The notes below the pieces were generated by a model. It was not told the origin of the DNA, searched no databases, and saw only the letters and a program-made list of their open reading frames with translations. A program made the position numbers and the translations under genes. This document shows, in pieces, positions 1 to 9,856 of a stretch of DNA of 64,000 bases; positions within the stretch are counted from its first letter, which is position 1; each line of letters starts with the position of its first letter. Origin of the DNA: an uncultured Gemmatimonadales bacterium (GTDB lineage Bacteria; Gemmatimonadota; Gemmatimonadetes; Longimicrobiales; Gaopeijiaceae); assembly GCA_963823035.1 (NCBI GenBank), contig CAWGKG010000008.1, forward strand, positions 96,001-160,000, read 5' to 3'.

Positions 1-144
1 GATGCGCATCGGGGGCTCGTACGGCATGCGCTCGGCGAGCGTGACCTTCACGTCCTCGCGGTCGAGGACGAGCGTCTGCTCGAACACCTGCGTGCGGTTC
101 GGTGGCCTGCGGTAGTGGATGCGGATGAGGGGATGGTCGGTCAT
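1..144 (-). CDS. DUF402-like protein, N-terminal part (runs off the left edge)
   Basis: ATG at 144 overlaps the xdhC stop (ATGA). It reads MTDHPLIRIHYRRPPNRTQVFEQTLVLDREDVKVTL, which resembles DUF402 N-termini. Confidence 0.55.
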   Translation of the reverse strand, partial: MTDHPLIRIHYRRPPNRTQVFEQTLVLDREDVKVTLAERMPYEPPMRI

Positions 145-485
145 CGCTCGGCCTCGATGAACGTCACGGCCTCCACGAAGACGTCCATGGTGCCACCGCA
201 CACGGCGGGGCTCCAGGTCGTGAAGTCCTCGGTGAGATCCACGCTCACACGCTCCGGGTGGCCGCTCTCGATCACCCGGCGGGCCGCCTCGATCACCTCC
301 GCCTCACCGCACCCTCCGCCGACGGTGCCCGTGAGGCCGACCTCGGGGTCGACCACAAGGCGCGCACCCACCTTGCGGGGGGTCGAGCCTCGCGTGGCCA
401 CGACCGTGGCGAGCGCACAGCGTCGCCCCGCCCGGGCGGCTGCCGTCAGCGCGTCCGTGACCCGGCGATCGTCCTGGTGGGTCAT
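141..485 (-). CDS. xdhC: XdhC/CoxI family protein (N-terminal XdhC domain only)
   Basis: Motifs ALATVVATRGSTPRKVGA, GTVGGGCGEAEV and CGGTMDVFVE. Confidence 0.9.
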   Translation of the reverse strand: MTHQDDRRVTDALTAAARAGRRCALATVVATRGSTPRKVGARLVVDPEVGLTGTVGGGCGEAEVIEAARRVIESGHPERVSVDLTEDFTTWSPAVCGGTMDVFVEAVTFIEAER

Positions 486-1300
486 GCCTCCTCCGTCTCC
501 ACGAAGAACCGCTCCGCCACCCGCTCCCGGTCGCGCAGCGACGTGCCGGTCCCGCCGCGACGCACCTTCACCAGCTCGGCCGCCACCGCCACCGCGATCT
601 CCTCGGGCGTCTCGGCGCCGATGTCCAGCCCGACCGGCGCGTGGATCGTCTCGAGCCGTCCGCGCGCGACGCCCTCCTCCAGCAGCTGCACGAAGGTCGC
701 GCGCACGCGGCGCCGGCTGCCGATCATACCGATGTAGGCCGGGGGCGGGTCCACACGCAGCGCCCGCACGAGGCAGTCGTAGTCGTAGCGATGGCCGCGC
801 GTCACGAGCAGAACGTGCGTGGTCGCGCCCAGCGGCACGTCCCGGAAGGGATCCGAGAAGTCCGCCCGCAGCACCTCCCAGGCGTCGGGGAAGCGCTCCC
901 GCGTGGCGAATTCCGGACGATCGTCCAGCACCCAGACCCGGTAGCCCAGGTCCGCCCCGATGCGTGCCATGGGCCGCGCGATGTGCCCGGCCCCGACGAT
1001 CACCAGGTCGAGCACGGGCCGGCGCACCTCCACGTACGCCTCCACGCCCTCCCCGAGCGTCACGAGCCCATCGCGGTGGCGCGGGTCGGCGAGCGCGGCG
1101 CGCGCCCGCTCGAGCGCGCGGGCGTCCTGCTCGGTACCGCCCACCCCGCCGTGCAGGCGCTCCGTGCCGTCCGCGCCCACCACCAGGACGATGCGCGCGC
1201 CCGCCTCCGGTCCCGACACGAGGAGGAGCGTCGCCGTGCTCGCGCCGGAGCCGACGGCTTCGAGCGAGAGCGTCGCGGCGGACGCCGCGTCCAGGCTCAC
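482..1300 (-). CDS. xdhC: XdhC family molybdoenzyme maturation factor (Rossmann domain)
   Basis: Motifs IVGAGHIA, DDRPEFA, TRGHRYD, YIGMIGSRRR and APVGLDIGAETPEEIAVAVAAE. Confidence 0.92.
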   Translation of the reverse strand: MSLDAASAATLSLEAVGSGASTATLLLVSGPEAGARIVLVVGADGTERLHGGVGGTEQDARALERARAALADPRHRDGLVTLGEGVEAYVEVRRPVLDLVIVGAGHIARPMARIGADLGYRVWVLDDRPEFATRERFPDAWEVLRADFSDPFRDVPLGATTHVLLVTRGHRYDYDCLVRALRVDPPPAYIGMIGSRRRVRATFVQLLEEGVARGRLETIHAPVGLDIGAETPEEIAVAVAAELVKVRRGGTGTSLRDRERVAERFFVETEEA

Positions 1301-1955
1301 CGTTCGCTCCTTTCCCGGAGGGTCGCGCGGAAGGCCGCCCGGTAGGCCTCGGGCGTGTCGATGTCCGTCACCACGCCCGCGTCGTCCACCTCCACGAGCG
1401 CGGCCCGCTCCAGGTGCGCCTGGACCACGGAGCGGGCGCCCTCCGCGAGGGAGGGATCCGAGAGTGCGGGGAAGAGCGTCCGACGGAAGAGCGCCGGATG
1501 TCCGCGCCGACCCTCCACGGTCGGGAGCACCAACGGCGCGTCGCCGTCGAGGAGCGTGTCCACGAGGGCCGCCACCGTCTCGGGCGACACCAGCGGATGG
1601 TCGACCGGGAGGTACGCCACGCCCTCGACCTCCCCACCGATCACCGAGAGGGCGAGCCGGAGCGAAGTGATCGGCCCGTCACCGGGGTCGGGGTTCTCGA
1701 GGACGAGCGCTCCGGCCGCGCGGGCCCGCCGGGCCTCGTCCTCCCGGCCGGGGCCGACCACGACCACGACCGGATCGCACCCACCGCCCACGAGCGCGCC
1801 CACCACCGCCGCGAGGAACGAGCGCCCGCCCGCGTCGAGGAGCGCCTTGGAGGTGCCCATCCGCTCCGACCGGCCGGCGCACGGCACCACGCCCGCGACG
1901 CGCGCGGGGCGGCGGCTGAGCCTCCTTCCTCCGTACGGCGCCAGAAGGGGCTCAC
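1297..1955 (-). CDS. mocA: Molybdenum cofactor cytidylyltransferase-like nucleotidyltransferase (MocA/YgfJ); probable frameshift near 1900-1920
   Basis: Motifs AGRSERMGTSKALL, PVDHP, GRRGHPALF and DIDTPEAY. The likely start is GTG 1955, overlapping the fadB stop; the main frame is 1297..1890. Confidence 0.8.
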
Positions 1956-4119
1956 GATCCGTACGCGTCGTAGAAGCCGCGGTCGTCTCGGGCCAGCCCC
2001 TCGAGCGACGGAGCGGGCGCGAACCGCGCGCCGACCTCCGCCTCGAGCACGCGCATGCGGCCGACCACGCCGCGCGTGTGCAGGGAGTCGGCGAAGCGCA
2101 GCAGCCCGCCTCGGAAGGGCGGGAAGCCGGTGCCCATGATCATCGCCGAGGTCGACCTCCCCCGCCGTTCCGACCAGGCCCTCCGCGAGGACGCGCGCCG
2201 CCTCGTTGATCATCGGGAGCACCAGGCGGCGCCGGATCACCTCCGGGGCGACCGGGGCCCCCCCGGCGAGGGGGCCGAGCCGATCGTAGACGCTGGTGTC
2301 CACGCCCTTCTCCTTTCCGTCCTCGTACGTGTAGAAGCCCCCACCGCCCTTGCGCCCCAGACGTCCGCTGGCGCCCAGCGCCACCAGCGGCGGGGCGGGC
2401 TCCAGGCGGCCGCCCAGCGCGTGGTGCATGATGGCGCCCGCGTGCGCCGACACGTCGATCCCCACCTCGTCGATGAGGCGCAGGGGTCCCATCGGCATGC
2501 CGAAGTCGCGCGCGGCCCGGTCGATCTCCTCGACCCGAACGCCCTCGGCGAGCAGCCAGCCGGCCTCGTTCAGGTAGGGCGTGAGGATCCGGTTGACCAG
2601 GAAGCCGGGGCCGTCCCGAACGACCACGGGCACCTTTCCGAGCCGGAGCGAGAGGGCGTAGATCGTGGCGACCGTGTCGTCCGAGGTGGCCGCTCCGCGC
2701 ACCACCTCGACCAGGGGCATGCGGTGCACCGGGTTGAAGAAGTGCATGCCGCAGAACCGCTCCGGGTGACGCAGCGCCTCCGCCATCGCGTCCACGGACA
2801 GGGCGCTCGTGTTCGTGGCGAGGATGCACGCGTCCGTGACCTCGGCCTCCGTCTCCTCGAGCACGGCGCGCTTCACGTCGAGCCGCTCGACCACCGCCTC
2901 CACCACGACGTCGGCCGCGCCGAAGCCGGCGTAGTCGAGCCCGCCCCCGATCAGCTCCATGCGCTGCTCGGCCTCGCGCGCCGTGAGCCTGTGCTTCTCG
3001 ACCGCCTTGTCGAAGACGGAGCGCGCGTGCTTGAGGCCGCTGTTCACGGCGTCGTGGCGGATGTCCTTCATCCGCACGCGGATCCCGTGGTCGGCGGCGA
3101 GTTGGGCGATCCCTCCGCCCATCACGCCCGCCCCGATCACGCCCAGGGCGTGCGACTTCGATCGCGCGCGCGTCGTCCACCGCCGCGCCCTTCCGGGCCG
3201 CCTCCCGCAGGTGGAAGACGTGGACGAGGTTCTTGCTGGCCGAGCCGACCATCAGCTCCGCCGCCGCGTGCGCCTCGGCCTCCAGGCTCTTCGCGACGCT
3301 GCCCCCCATCCGGGCGCGCAGCACCTCCAGGATCTTGAGCGGCGCCGGGTAGTGTCCTCCGGTCGTCGACAGCACCCGCTTCCGGGCCGCCGCCAGCACG
3401 GCGAATCGGCCCGGCGCCGTGTTGTCGCGCAGGCGCGCGAGCACGCCCTTGCGCGGGCGGGACGCGCCGGGCGAGAGGTCGAGCGCGCGCAGCGCGAAGG
3501 CCGCGACCCGCTGGGAGAACTGCTCGGCGGGCAGGATCTCGCCCGCGAAGCCGATGCGCCGGGCCTTGCGCGCGTCGATGAGCTTGCCGGTCAGGAGGAG
3601 GTCCAGGGCGGCAGGGAGACCGACGAGGCGCGGCAGCCGCGTCGTCCCGCCCCAGGCGGGCAGGATGCCGAGCTGCACCTCGGGGAGGCCGATGCGGGTC
3701 TTCGGCGAGTCCGACAGGACGCGGTGTCTGCAGGAGAGGGCGAGCTCCGTCCCACCCCCGACGCAGACGCCGTGGATCGCGGCCACCGTGGGAATCGGCA
3801 GGCGCTCCACGGCCAGGAAGATCTCCTGCCCCCGGCGGATCGCGCGCTCGGCCTCGGCCGGGTCCTCGATCGACGCGATGGCGTCGACGTCGGCACCGGC
3901 GATGCACGAATCGGGCTTGCCGCTGCGCACCACCACCACCTTCACCCGCCCGGACTCGGCGGCCCGCCGCGTTTCCTCGACCACGTCGGCCAGCCGGGTC
4001 ATCACGGCCTCGGTCAGCACGTTCAGCTTGCGATCCGGGTCGTCGAAGATGATCCAGCCGATTCCCCGTTCGTCGATCTCCAGCGTCGGACTCGGGGATA
4101 CGGGCTTGGCTTCATCCAT
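1952..4119 (-). CDS. fadB: Fatty acid oxidation complex alpha subunit (enoyl-CoA hydratase / 3-hydroxyacyl-CoA dehydrogenase); frameshifts near 3150 and 2145
   Basis: Motifs AGADVDAI, GGGTELALSC, PEVQLGILPAWGGT, IGAGVMGGGIA, EAVVE, GMHFFNPVHRMPLVE and GTGFPPFRGG, spread over three frames. Confidence 0.92.
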
Positions 4120-4177
4120 TCGATGCGGCTCCGGGCGAGGTCGTCGTGCGCACCTTCACAATATCCAACCCCGCGGC

Positions 4178-4218
4178 GAACGAAAGCCGCCCCGGCACCT
4201 GGAGGGCGCCGGGGCGGC
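4178..4218 (-). terminator. Intrinsic terminator of the 4249..5025 gene
   Basis: 11-bp GC stem (4186-4196 / 4208-4218) followed on the minus strand by TTTCGTTC. Confidence 0.65.
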
Positions 4219-4248
4219 GGAGAGCGCTCGCGCCGTGGCGGCAGCGGA

Positions 4249-5025
4249 TCAGAGCTTGATCCGTTCCTCCGCGTTGTTGCGCGTCAGCGTGATCTGGTTG
4301 GGCTCACCGCGCTCCACGTGGACGGGCACGTTCCAGTACAGCTCGGTATAGGGGAGCTCGTAGCGCGCGTACACCCAGTAGTCACCCGGCTTGACCTTCA
4401 GGTGGTTGCGGGCCACGCCGTTGGCGTCCGTGGTGTCGGTGACGCTCTCGCGTCCCTGCGCCTTCGCCTGGAAGACCTCGCCCACGTCCGCGAAGGCCTC
4501 GTCCGCCCAGTTCTCCTTGAGGATGCGGATCGAGTCCGACTGGCGGATCGTCGACTTCTGCAGGTTGGAGAACTCCTCGAAGGCCTGGTTCATCTGGCGC
4601 TCCACCCGCCCGAGCTGCGAGTCGAACTCCTGCCACTCGCGGAAGAGGGCGACGTAGCGTGCCTCGCCGCGGGAGTACTGACCCATCGTTTCGTTCAGCT
4701 TGGTCAGGGTGTCGCGCAGCGTGTTCCAGCGGTTCGTGGCCTGCTGCCAGCGACCCTGGGCCTGGGCGACCTCCTCGCGGGCGTCGAGCAGGGCCTGCGG
4801 GATCTCCGGCTCCGGCGTCCCGTACGCCCGGGTCAGCGAGTCGAAGACCTGGTCGCGGTCGAACGGAAGCAGATGAACCTCCATGTCCGGCACGGGATTG
4901 GTCACCATGCCCTCCCCCTCGGGATTGTTCATCGCCACCTCCGCGGTGACGACGACCTGTGCGGGTCCGCAGGCGGCCGCCGCGAGCAGCAACGCCATCG
5001 CCAAAGGAAGATACCTACGCCTCAT
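4249..5025 (-). CDS. Hypothetical lipoprotein with a long coiled coil inserted into a beta-rich domain
   Basis: Lipobox LAAAC, central helical heptads, and C-terminal TDTTDANGVA...PGDYWVYARY...WNVPV. Confidence 0.75.
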   Translation of the reverse strand: MRRRYLPLAMALLLAAAACGPAQVVVTAEVAMNNPEGEGMVTNPVPDMEVHLLPFDRDQVFDSLTRAYGTPEPEIPQALLDAREEVAQAQGRWQQATNRWNTLRDTLTKLNETMGQYSRGEARYVALFREWQEFDSQLGRVERQMNQAFEEFSNLQKSTIRQSDSIRILKENWADEAFADVGEVFQAKAQGRESVTDTTDANGVARNHLKVKPGDYWVYARYELPYTELYWNVPVHVERGEPNQITLTRNNAEERIKL

Positions 5026-5169
5026 CTCGCTCTCCGTCGCTCGGTCCGGAAAAGAAACGGCCCGAAGGTATCACCTCGCTCAGGGAGCAGCAATGCTCCG
5101 GGCAAGCGGGGAATCTAAGGGAGGTGGGGGGGTTCCGCACCTCCCCGCGGGAGGCGGCGCCCGGACACT

Positions 5170-5197
5170 CGAAGGGCGCCCCGCGGGGCGCCCTTCG
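5170..5197 (-). terminator. Perfect 28-bp palindrome downstream of the M23 gene; probable terminator hairpin
   Basis: CGAAGGGCGCCCCGCGGGGCGCCCTTCG, 30 nt after the stop at 5228. Confidence 0.6.
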
Positions 5198-5227
5198 TTC
5201 GAGCCTGGATCCGAAGCCGGCGCGCGC

Positions 5228-6157
5228 CTACGGCACGACGTCCGGAAGGATGTAGTTGGTCGGGTTCTGCGGGATCCCGTTCAGGGACACCTCGTAGTGG
5301 AGGTGCGAGGACGTCGCGATCCCGGTGCTTCCGACCTGCGCGATCACGTCGCCACGGGCCACCTCCTGTCCCGGACGTACCAGGAGCTTGGAGGCATGGC
5401 CGTACAGCGTCGTGAACCCGTGCCCGTGGTCGATCACGACGGTGAGCCCGTATCCGACCACCCACTGGGCCCTGGTCACACGACCCTTCGCGGCGGCGAA
5501 GATCGGCGTGCCCTTCGGGGCCGCCAGATCGATGCCCTCGTGCGGGAGGGGGCGGTTGTGGATCGGATGCATCCGGGACTTCGAGAAGCGGCTCGACAGG
5601 AGCCCGGAGGTGGGGAGGATCGAGGGCATCGCCTCGAGGAGGTCGCGATGCGCTTCGAGCGAATCGCTGGCCTCGTCCAGCGAGGTGGCGAGCAGCCGGG
5701 CCCGACGCTCGAGGGCGCTCAGGTCGTAGGAGAGCGCGAAAGCGTCCTTGGCGGCCGTCGAATCCACGCTCCAGAGCGGATACGACTCCAGCGATCCCAG
5801 CCCCGGTCCACCGACGCCGGCCTGCAGCACCTCGGGGTCGATGGCGTCCAGGCCGGCGACCGTCCGGATGCGGCTGTCCTTCTCCGACAGCTCGTCCACC
5901 GTGCTCTCGAGGTCGCCCACGCGCGAGCGGAACTGCTCGAGCTCCGCGTTCAGCGCCTTGTTGCGGGCGGCGAGCTGCCGGTTCCGCACGCGCGCCATGG
6001 TATCCAGCGACGCCGACAGCCCGAATCCGGTGACGACCAGCACGAGGAGGGCGGCGAGGCCGACCAGCGTGCGCAGTCCACGCGCGGACAAGGTGTACTG
6101 CCGGACGGGGGTATCCTCGCCACGCACGACGAGGAACGTCCACCGGTCTCCGGTCAT
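5228..6157 (-). CDS. M23 family murein DD-endopeptidase with N-terminal TM helix and coiled coil
   Basis: Starts MTGDRWTF. Motifs HEGIDLAA, YGHAS and HLHYEV (HxxxD / HxH). Confidence 0.93.
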   Translation of the reverse strand: MTGDRWTFLVVRGEDTPVRQYTLSARGLRTLVGLAALLVLVVTGFGLSASLDTMARVRNRQLAARNKALNAELEQFRSRVGDLESTVDELSEKDSRIRTVAGLDAIDPEVLQAGVGGPGLGSLESYPLWSVDSTAAKDAFALSYDLSALERRARLLATSLDEASDSLEAHRDLLEAMPSILPTSGLLSSRFSKSRMHPIHNRPLPHEGIDLAAPKGTPIFAAAKGRVTRAQWVVGYGLTVVIDHGHGFTTLYGHASKLLVRPGQEVARGDVIAQVGSTGIATSSHLHYEVSLNGIPQNPTNYILPDVVP

Positions 6158-6262
6158 GCTGCGCCCTGGGTTCTCGTCAGCAGAAGGCCCCCCCAGGCAA
6201 GCTGACGCGTTGTCGTCCAGGAGGGGGAGCGAGTCGGCCCCTCGGGCCGGGTGTGTATTTCC

Positions 6263-6292
6263 AAGGTAGGCCCGCCGCTTCTCGGCAGTCAA
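6263..6292 (-). promoter_or_regulatory. Sigma70-type promoter of the M23 gene
   Basis: TTGACT (6292-6287), 18-nt spacer, TACCTT (6268-6263), in a locally AT-richer intergenic stretch. Confidence 0.6.
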
Positions 6293-6362
6293 GCAGGAAA
6301 AGCTCCAATGAGAAGGGCAGTCCGCAGCCCTCGCCCGGCCCCGGTGGGCCCGCCGATCGCCG

Positions 6363-7925
6363 TCATTCGGACGCGCTCGACCACGAGGGCTCGACGCGGG
6401 GGAAGAGGGGATCGCCCCTGGAGACCGTCCGTCCGGCGAGGGCCACGCCGCGAGCTTCCTCGAGCGTCGGGACCCTGTCGAGACCGAGGCGCGTAGCCAT
6501 CTCCGCCATGCGCGCAGGCGTGACCGGCTCGAAGAGCGCGCACAGCGCGACGAGCGCCCGCATGAGCGACATGAGCGTCTCGTCCAGCGCGTCGGCTGCA
6601 TCGGCGTCCTTCGCCTGGGCCCACGGCTGGCGCTCCTCCACGTAGCCGTTGGCCGTACGGGCCAGCTCCATCGCGCCCGCCAGCGCGTCGTGGATCCGGA
6701 AGCGGGCGAGGTTGTCCCGCGCGGCGGTGAAGGCGGTCTCGATGGCCGCGTCCAGCCCCGCGCCGGGCGCGTCCGGAACCACGCCGTCCCGGTACTTCAC
6801 GATCATCGACACCACCCGGCTGGCCAGGTTGCCGAGGATGTTGGCCAACTCCTCGTAGCGGACGAGGAAGCGCTCGGGGGTGTAGGACGCATCGGCACCG
6901 GTCGGCATCTCGCGCATCAGGTACCAGCGCACGGCGTCCGTTCCGAACTCTGCGCGCAGGGCCAGCGGATCGACGACGTTGCCCAGCGACTTGGACATCT
7001 TGGTGTCGCCGACCACCCACCACCCGTGCGAGAGGATCTGCCGCTGCAGGGGCAGGCCCACCCCCATGAGCAGCGTCGGCCAGTACACGGCGTGGGTCGT
7101 GATGATGTCCTTCCCCATGAGGTGCAGGTCGGCGGGCCACCACGATCCCGATACGTCCTCGAAGCCCTGCTCCCCCACGGGGCGTTCCGGATGGATGGCG
7201 CCCGACGCGGTCAGGTAGTTGATGAGCGCGTCGACCCAGACGTAGGCCACGTGCTCCTCGTCGAAGGGGAGCGGGATGCCCCAACGCACGCGCTTCCTGG
7301 GACGGGAGATCGACAGGTCCTCGAGCGGCTTCTGCAGGAAGCCCAGGATCTCGTTGCGCCGGATCTCCGGGACGATCCAGTCCGGGTTCTCCTCGATGTG
7401 CCGGACCAGCGCCTCCTGGTACGCGCTCATGCGGAAGAAGTAGTTCACCTCCTCCACGTGCTGCGTGGGGCGGCCGCAGATCGGGCAGGCGTTGTCCGGG
7501 CCGAGGTCCTTCTGCGTCCAGTAGCGCTCGTCGGGGACGCAGTACCAGCCGCTGTACGTGCTCTCGTAGATCTGGTCGCGGTCCCACAGGCGCTGAAGGA
7601 AGGCGGTCACGACCGCGACGTGCTCGGCCTCGCTCGTGCGGATGAAGCGGTCGTAGCTGATCGCGAGCGTCCTCCACGCGGCCTCGAAGCGCTCGGCCAT
7701 CTGGTCGCACAGCTCGATCGGCTCGATGCCCCGGCGCGCGGCCTCCTCCTGGATCTTCTGGCCGTGCTCGTCCGTGCCGGTCAGGAAGAGCACGTCCTCG
7801 CCGTTCTGCCGGTAGAACCGCGCGAGCACGTCGGCGAGGATGGTCGTATAGGCGTGCCCCAGATGGGGCTCTCCCGACGCGTAGTAGATCGGCGTCGTGA
7901 CATAGCGCCGGCGGGTCTGGCTCAC
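6363..7925 (-). CDS. metG: Methionine--tRNA ligase (short form, no C-terminal tRNA-binding domain)
   Basis: Motifs TTPIYY, HLGH, TGTDEHGQKI, YVWVDAL, GKDI and KMSKS. Confidence 0.97.
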   Translation of the reverse strand: MSQTRRRYVTTPIYYASGEPHLGHAYTTILADVLARFYRQNGEDVLFLTGTDEHGQKIQEEAARRGIEPIELCDQMAERFEAAWRTLAISYDRFIRTSEAEHVAVVTAFLQRLWDRDQIYESTYSGWYCVPDERYWTQKDLGPDNACPICGRPTQHVEEVNYFFRMSAYQEALVRHIEENPDWIVPEIRRNEILGFLQKPLEDLSISRPRKRVRWGIPLPFDEEHVAYVWVDALINYLTASGAIHPERPVGEQGFEDVSGSWWPADLHLMGKDIITTHAVYWPTLLMGVGLPLQRQILSHGWWVVGDTKMSKSLGNVVDPLALRAEFGTDAVRWYLMREMPTGADASYTPERFLVRYEELANILGNLASRVVSMIVKYRDGVVPDAPGAGLDAAIETAFTAARDNLARFRIHDALAGAMELARTANGYVEERQPWAQAKDADAADALDETLMSLMRALVALCALFEPVTPARMAEMATRLGLDRVPTLEEARGVALAGRTVSRGDPLFPRVEPSWSSASE

Positions 7926-8797
7926 TCCTCGGGATCTCCCTTCCGGTCCCCGGCTTGATCGTCTCGGCGGCCCTGGGCGACCTCACCCTTGAGGTCGTCG
8001 AGCGCCAGCGACCTCCGCTCGCCGTCTCGCGAGCGCAGCGTCACGGTGTCCCGCCAGATGTCGACGGCCACCACCTTCTCCTCGCCGAGGGCCGTGCGCA
8101 GCGTCTTGCCCTCCCGCGGGAAGCGCCGACGGGCCTCGACGTACGTGCGGTGCTCGTACATCAGGCAGCACATGAGCCGGCCGCAGCAGCCGGAGATCTG
8201 GGCGGGGTTCAGCGACAGGCGCTGGTCCTTCGCCAGCTGGAGGCCGACGGGCTTCAGCTCGGGAAGCCACGTGGAGCAGCACAGCTCGCGGCCGCAGCGA
8301 CCCACCCCGCCCAGCAGCGCCGCCTCGTCGCGCACGCCGATCTGTCTGAGCTCGATGCGCGTGCGGAAGGTGCGCGCCAGGTCGCGGACCAGCTCGCGGA
8401 AGTCGACGCGCCGATCCGCCGTGAAGTAGAGGAGGAGCTTGTTGCGGTCGAACTGCCACTCCGCCTCGGTGACCTTCATCTTCAGGCCGTGCCGCTCGAC
8501 GATCCCGCGCGCCTCGCCACGCACGCGCTCCTCGTCGTCGCGCAGCGTCTCGGAGCGCGACACCTCGTCCGACCTGGCGAGGCGCAGCACCCGCTTCTCC
8601 GGCGTGGGCGTGGCGCACCCCCCGGACGACGAGCACTTGCGCTCGGCGATCACGCCGACGGCCGAGACCTCGCCGAGGTCCTCGCCCCGATCGGCCTCCA
8701 CCACGACCGGCAGGCCGGGACGAAGGTCCAGGTCCTCTCCATAGGAGAAGTACGCCTTGCGCGTGCCCTTGAAGCGGACTTCGGCGAAGCCTGCCAC
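7922..8797 (-). CDS. ricT: PSP1 / RicT (YaaT) Fe-S regulatory protein
   Basis: Motifs YFTADRRVDFRELVRDLA, RIELRQIGVRDEA, CGRELCC and ISGCCGRLMCCLMYE. Confidence 0.93.
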   Translation of the reverse strand: MAGFAEVRFKGTRKAYFSYGEDLDLRPGLPVVVEADRGEDLGEVSAVGVIAERKCSSSGGCATPTPEKRVLRLARSDEVSRSETLRDDEERVRGEARGIVERHGLKMKVTEAEWQFDRNKLLLYFTADRRVDFRELVRDLARTFRTRIELRQIGVRDEAALLGGVGRCGRELCCSTWLPELKPVGLQLAKDQRLSLNPAQISGCCGRLMCCLMYEHRTYVEARRRFPREGKTLRTALGEEKVVAVDIWRDTVTLRSRDGERRSLALDDLKGEVAQGRRDDQAGDRKGDPEE

Positions 8798-8804
8798 GGG
8801 GACG

Positions 8805-9767
8805 CTAGACCTCCCGCCAGGCGCCGATCGACCCGAACTTCTCCCACCGCTCCTCGAGGAGCCTCTCGGTGGAGCGCGCGCACAGCGTGTCCAGCACGCG
8901 CACGAGCGAGCGCCGCAGGTTGACGGCGGTCCCGTCCCAGTCCGCGTGCGCGCCTCCCGGCGGCTCGGGCACGATCTCGTCGCACACGCCCAACTCGGTC
9001 AGGTTGCTCGAGGTGAGCCGCAGCGCGTCCGCCGCCTTCTCCCGGTGCTCGGCCGATCGCCAGAGGATGGCCGCGCACCCCTCCGGCGTGATCACCGAAT
9101 AGATCGCGTGCTCGAGCATGAGGATCCGGTCCGTGACGCCCAGCGCGAGCGCGCCGCCGGAGCCGCCCTCGCCGATCACGACGCTCACCAACGGCGTACG
9201 CAGCCTGGCCATCTCACGCAGGTTCATGGCGATGGCCTCGGCCTGTCCGCGCTCCTCGGCGCCGATGCCCGGGTACGCCCCGGGGGTGTCGATGAGCGTG
9301 ACCACCGGACGGTGGAACTTCTCCGCCAGCCGCATGAGGCGGAGCGCCTTCCGGTAGCCCTCGGGATGGGGCATGCCGAAGTTGCGCCGCAGGTTCTCCT
9401 TCATGTCCCGGCCCTTCTGGTGGCCGATGACCATGATCGAGCGGCCGTCCAGGTCGGCCCATCCGCCGACCACGGCCTCGTCGTCGCGGAAGGCGCGGTC
9501 GCCGTGCAGCTCGATCCAATCGGCGAAGATCCGCTCGATGTAGTCGAGCGAGTAGGGGCGGCGCGGGTGACGCGCGACCTGGACCTGCTCCATGGGGCGC
9601 AGGTTCTCGTACGTCTGCTCCGTGAGGGACTGCAGCTTCTCGCGCAAGACGATCACCTCCGCCGAGACGTCGATGCCCTTGCGATCCGCGACGTCCAGGA
9701 GCCGGTCGATCTGACCCTGGATCTCGATGATGTCGCGCTCGAACTCGAGATGAGAGGCGGTGGCCAC
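8805..9767 (-). CDS. accA: Acetyl-CoA carboxylase carboxyltransferase alpha subunit
   Basis: Motifs ARHPRRP, ELHGDR, NFGMPHPEGYRKALR, IDTPGAYPGIGAEERGQ and GEGGSGGALA. Confidence 0.98.
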   Translation of the reverse strand: MATASHLEFERDIIEIQGQIDRLLDVADRKGIDVSAEVIVLREKLQSLTEQTYENLRPMEQVQVARHPRRPYSLDYIERIFADWIELHGDRAFRDDEAVVGGWADLDGRSIMVIGHQKGRDMKENLRRNFGMPHPEGYRKALRLMRLAEKFHRPVVTLIDTPGAYPGIGAEERGQAEAIAMNLREMARLRTPLVSVVIGEGGSGGALALGVTDRILMLEHAIYSVITPEGCAAILWRSAEHREKAADALRLTSSNLTELGVCDEIVPEPPGGAHADWDGTAVNLRRSLVRVLDTLCARSTERLLEERWEKFGSIGAWREV

Positions 9768-9856
9768 TGGAAGTCCTGGTCAAGTTTGGCGGCAAACCGT
9801 AAACCTCGCCGCGGTCGCCCGGGGTCCGCAAGCGACGGCGCCCCGGGCGCCCGGAT

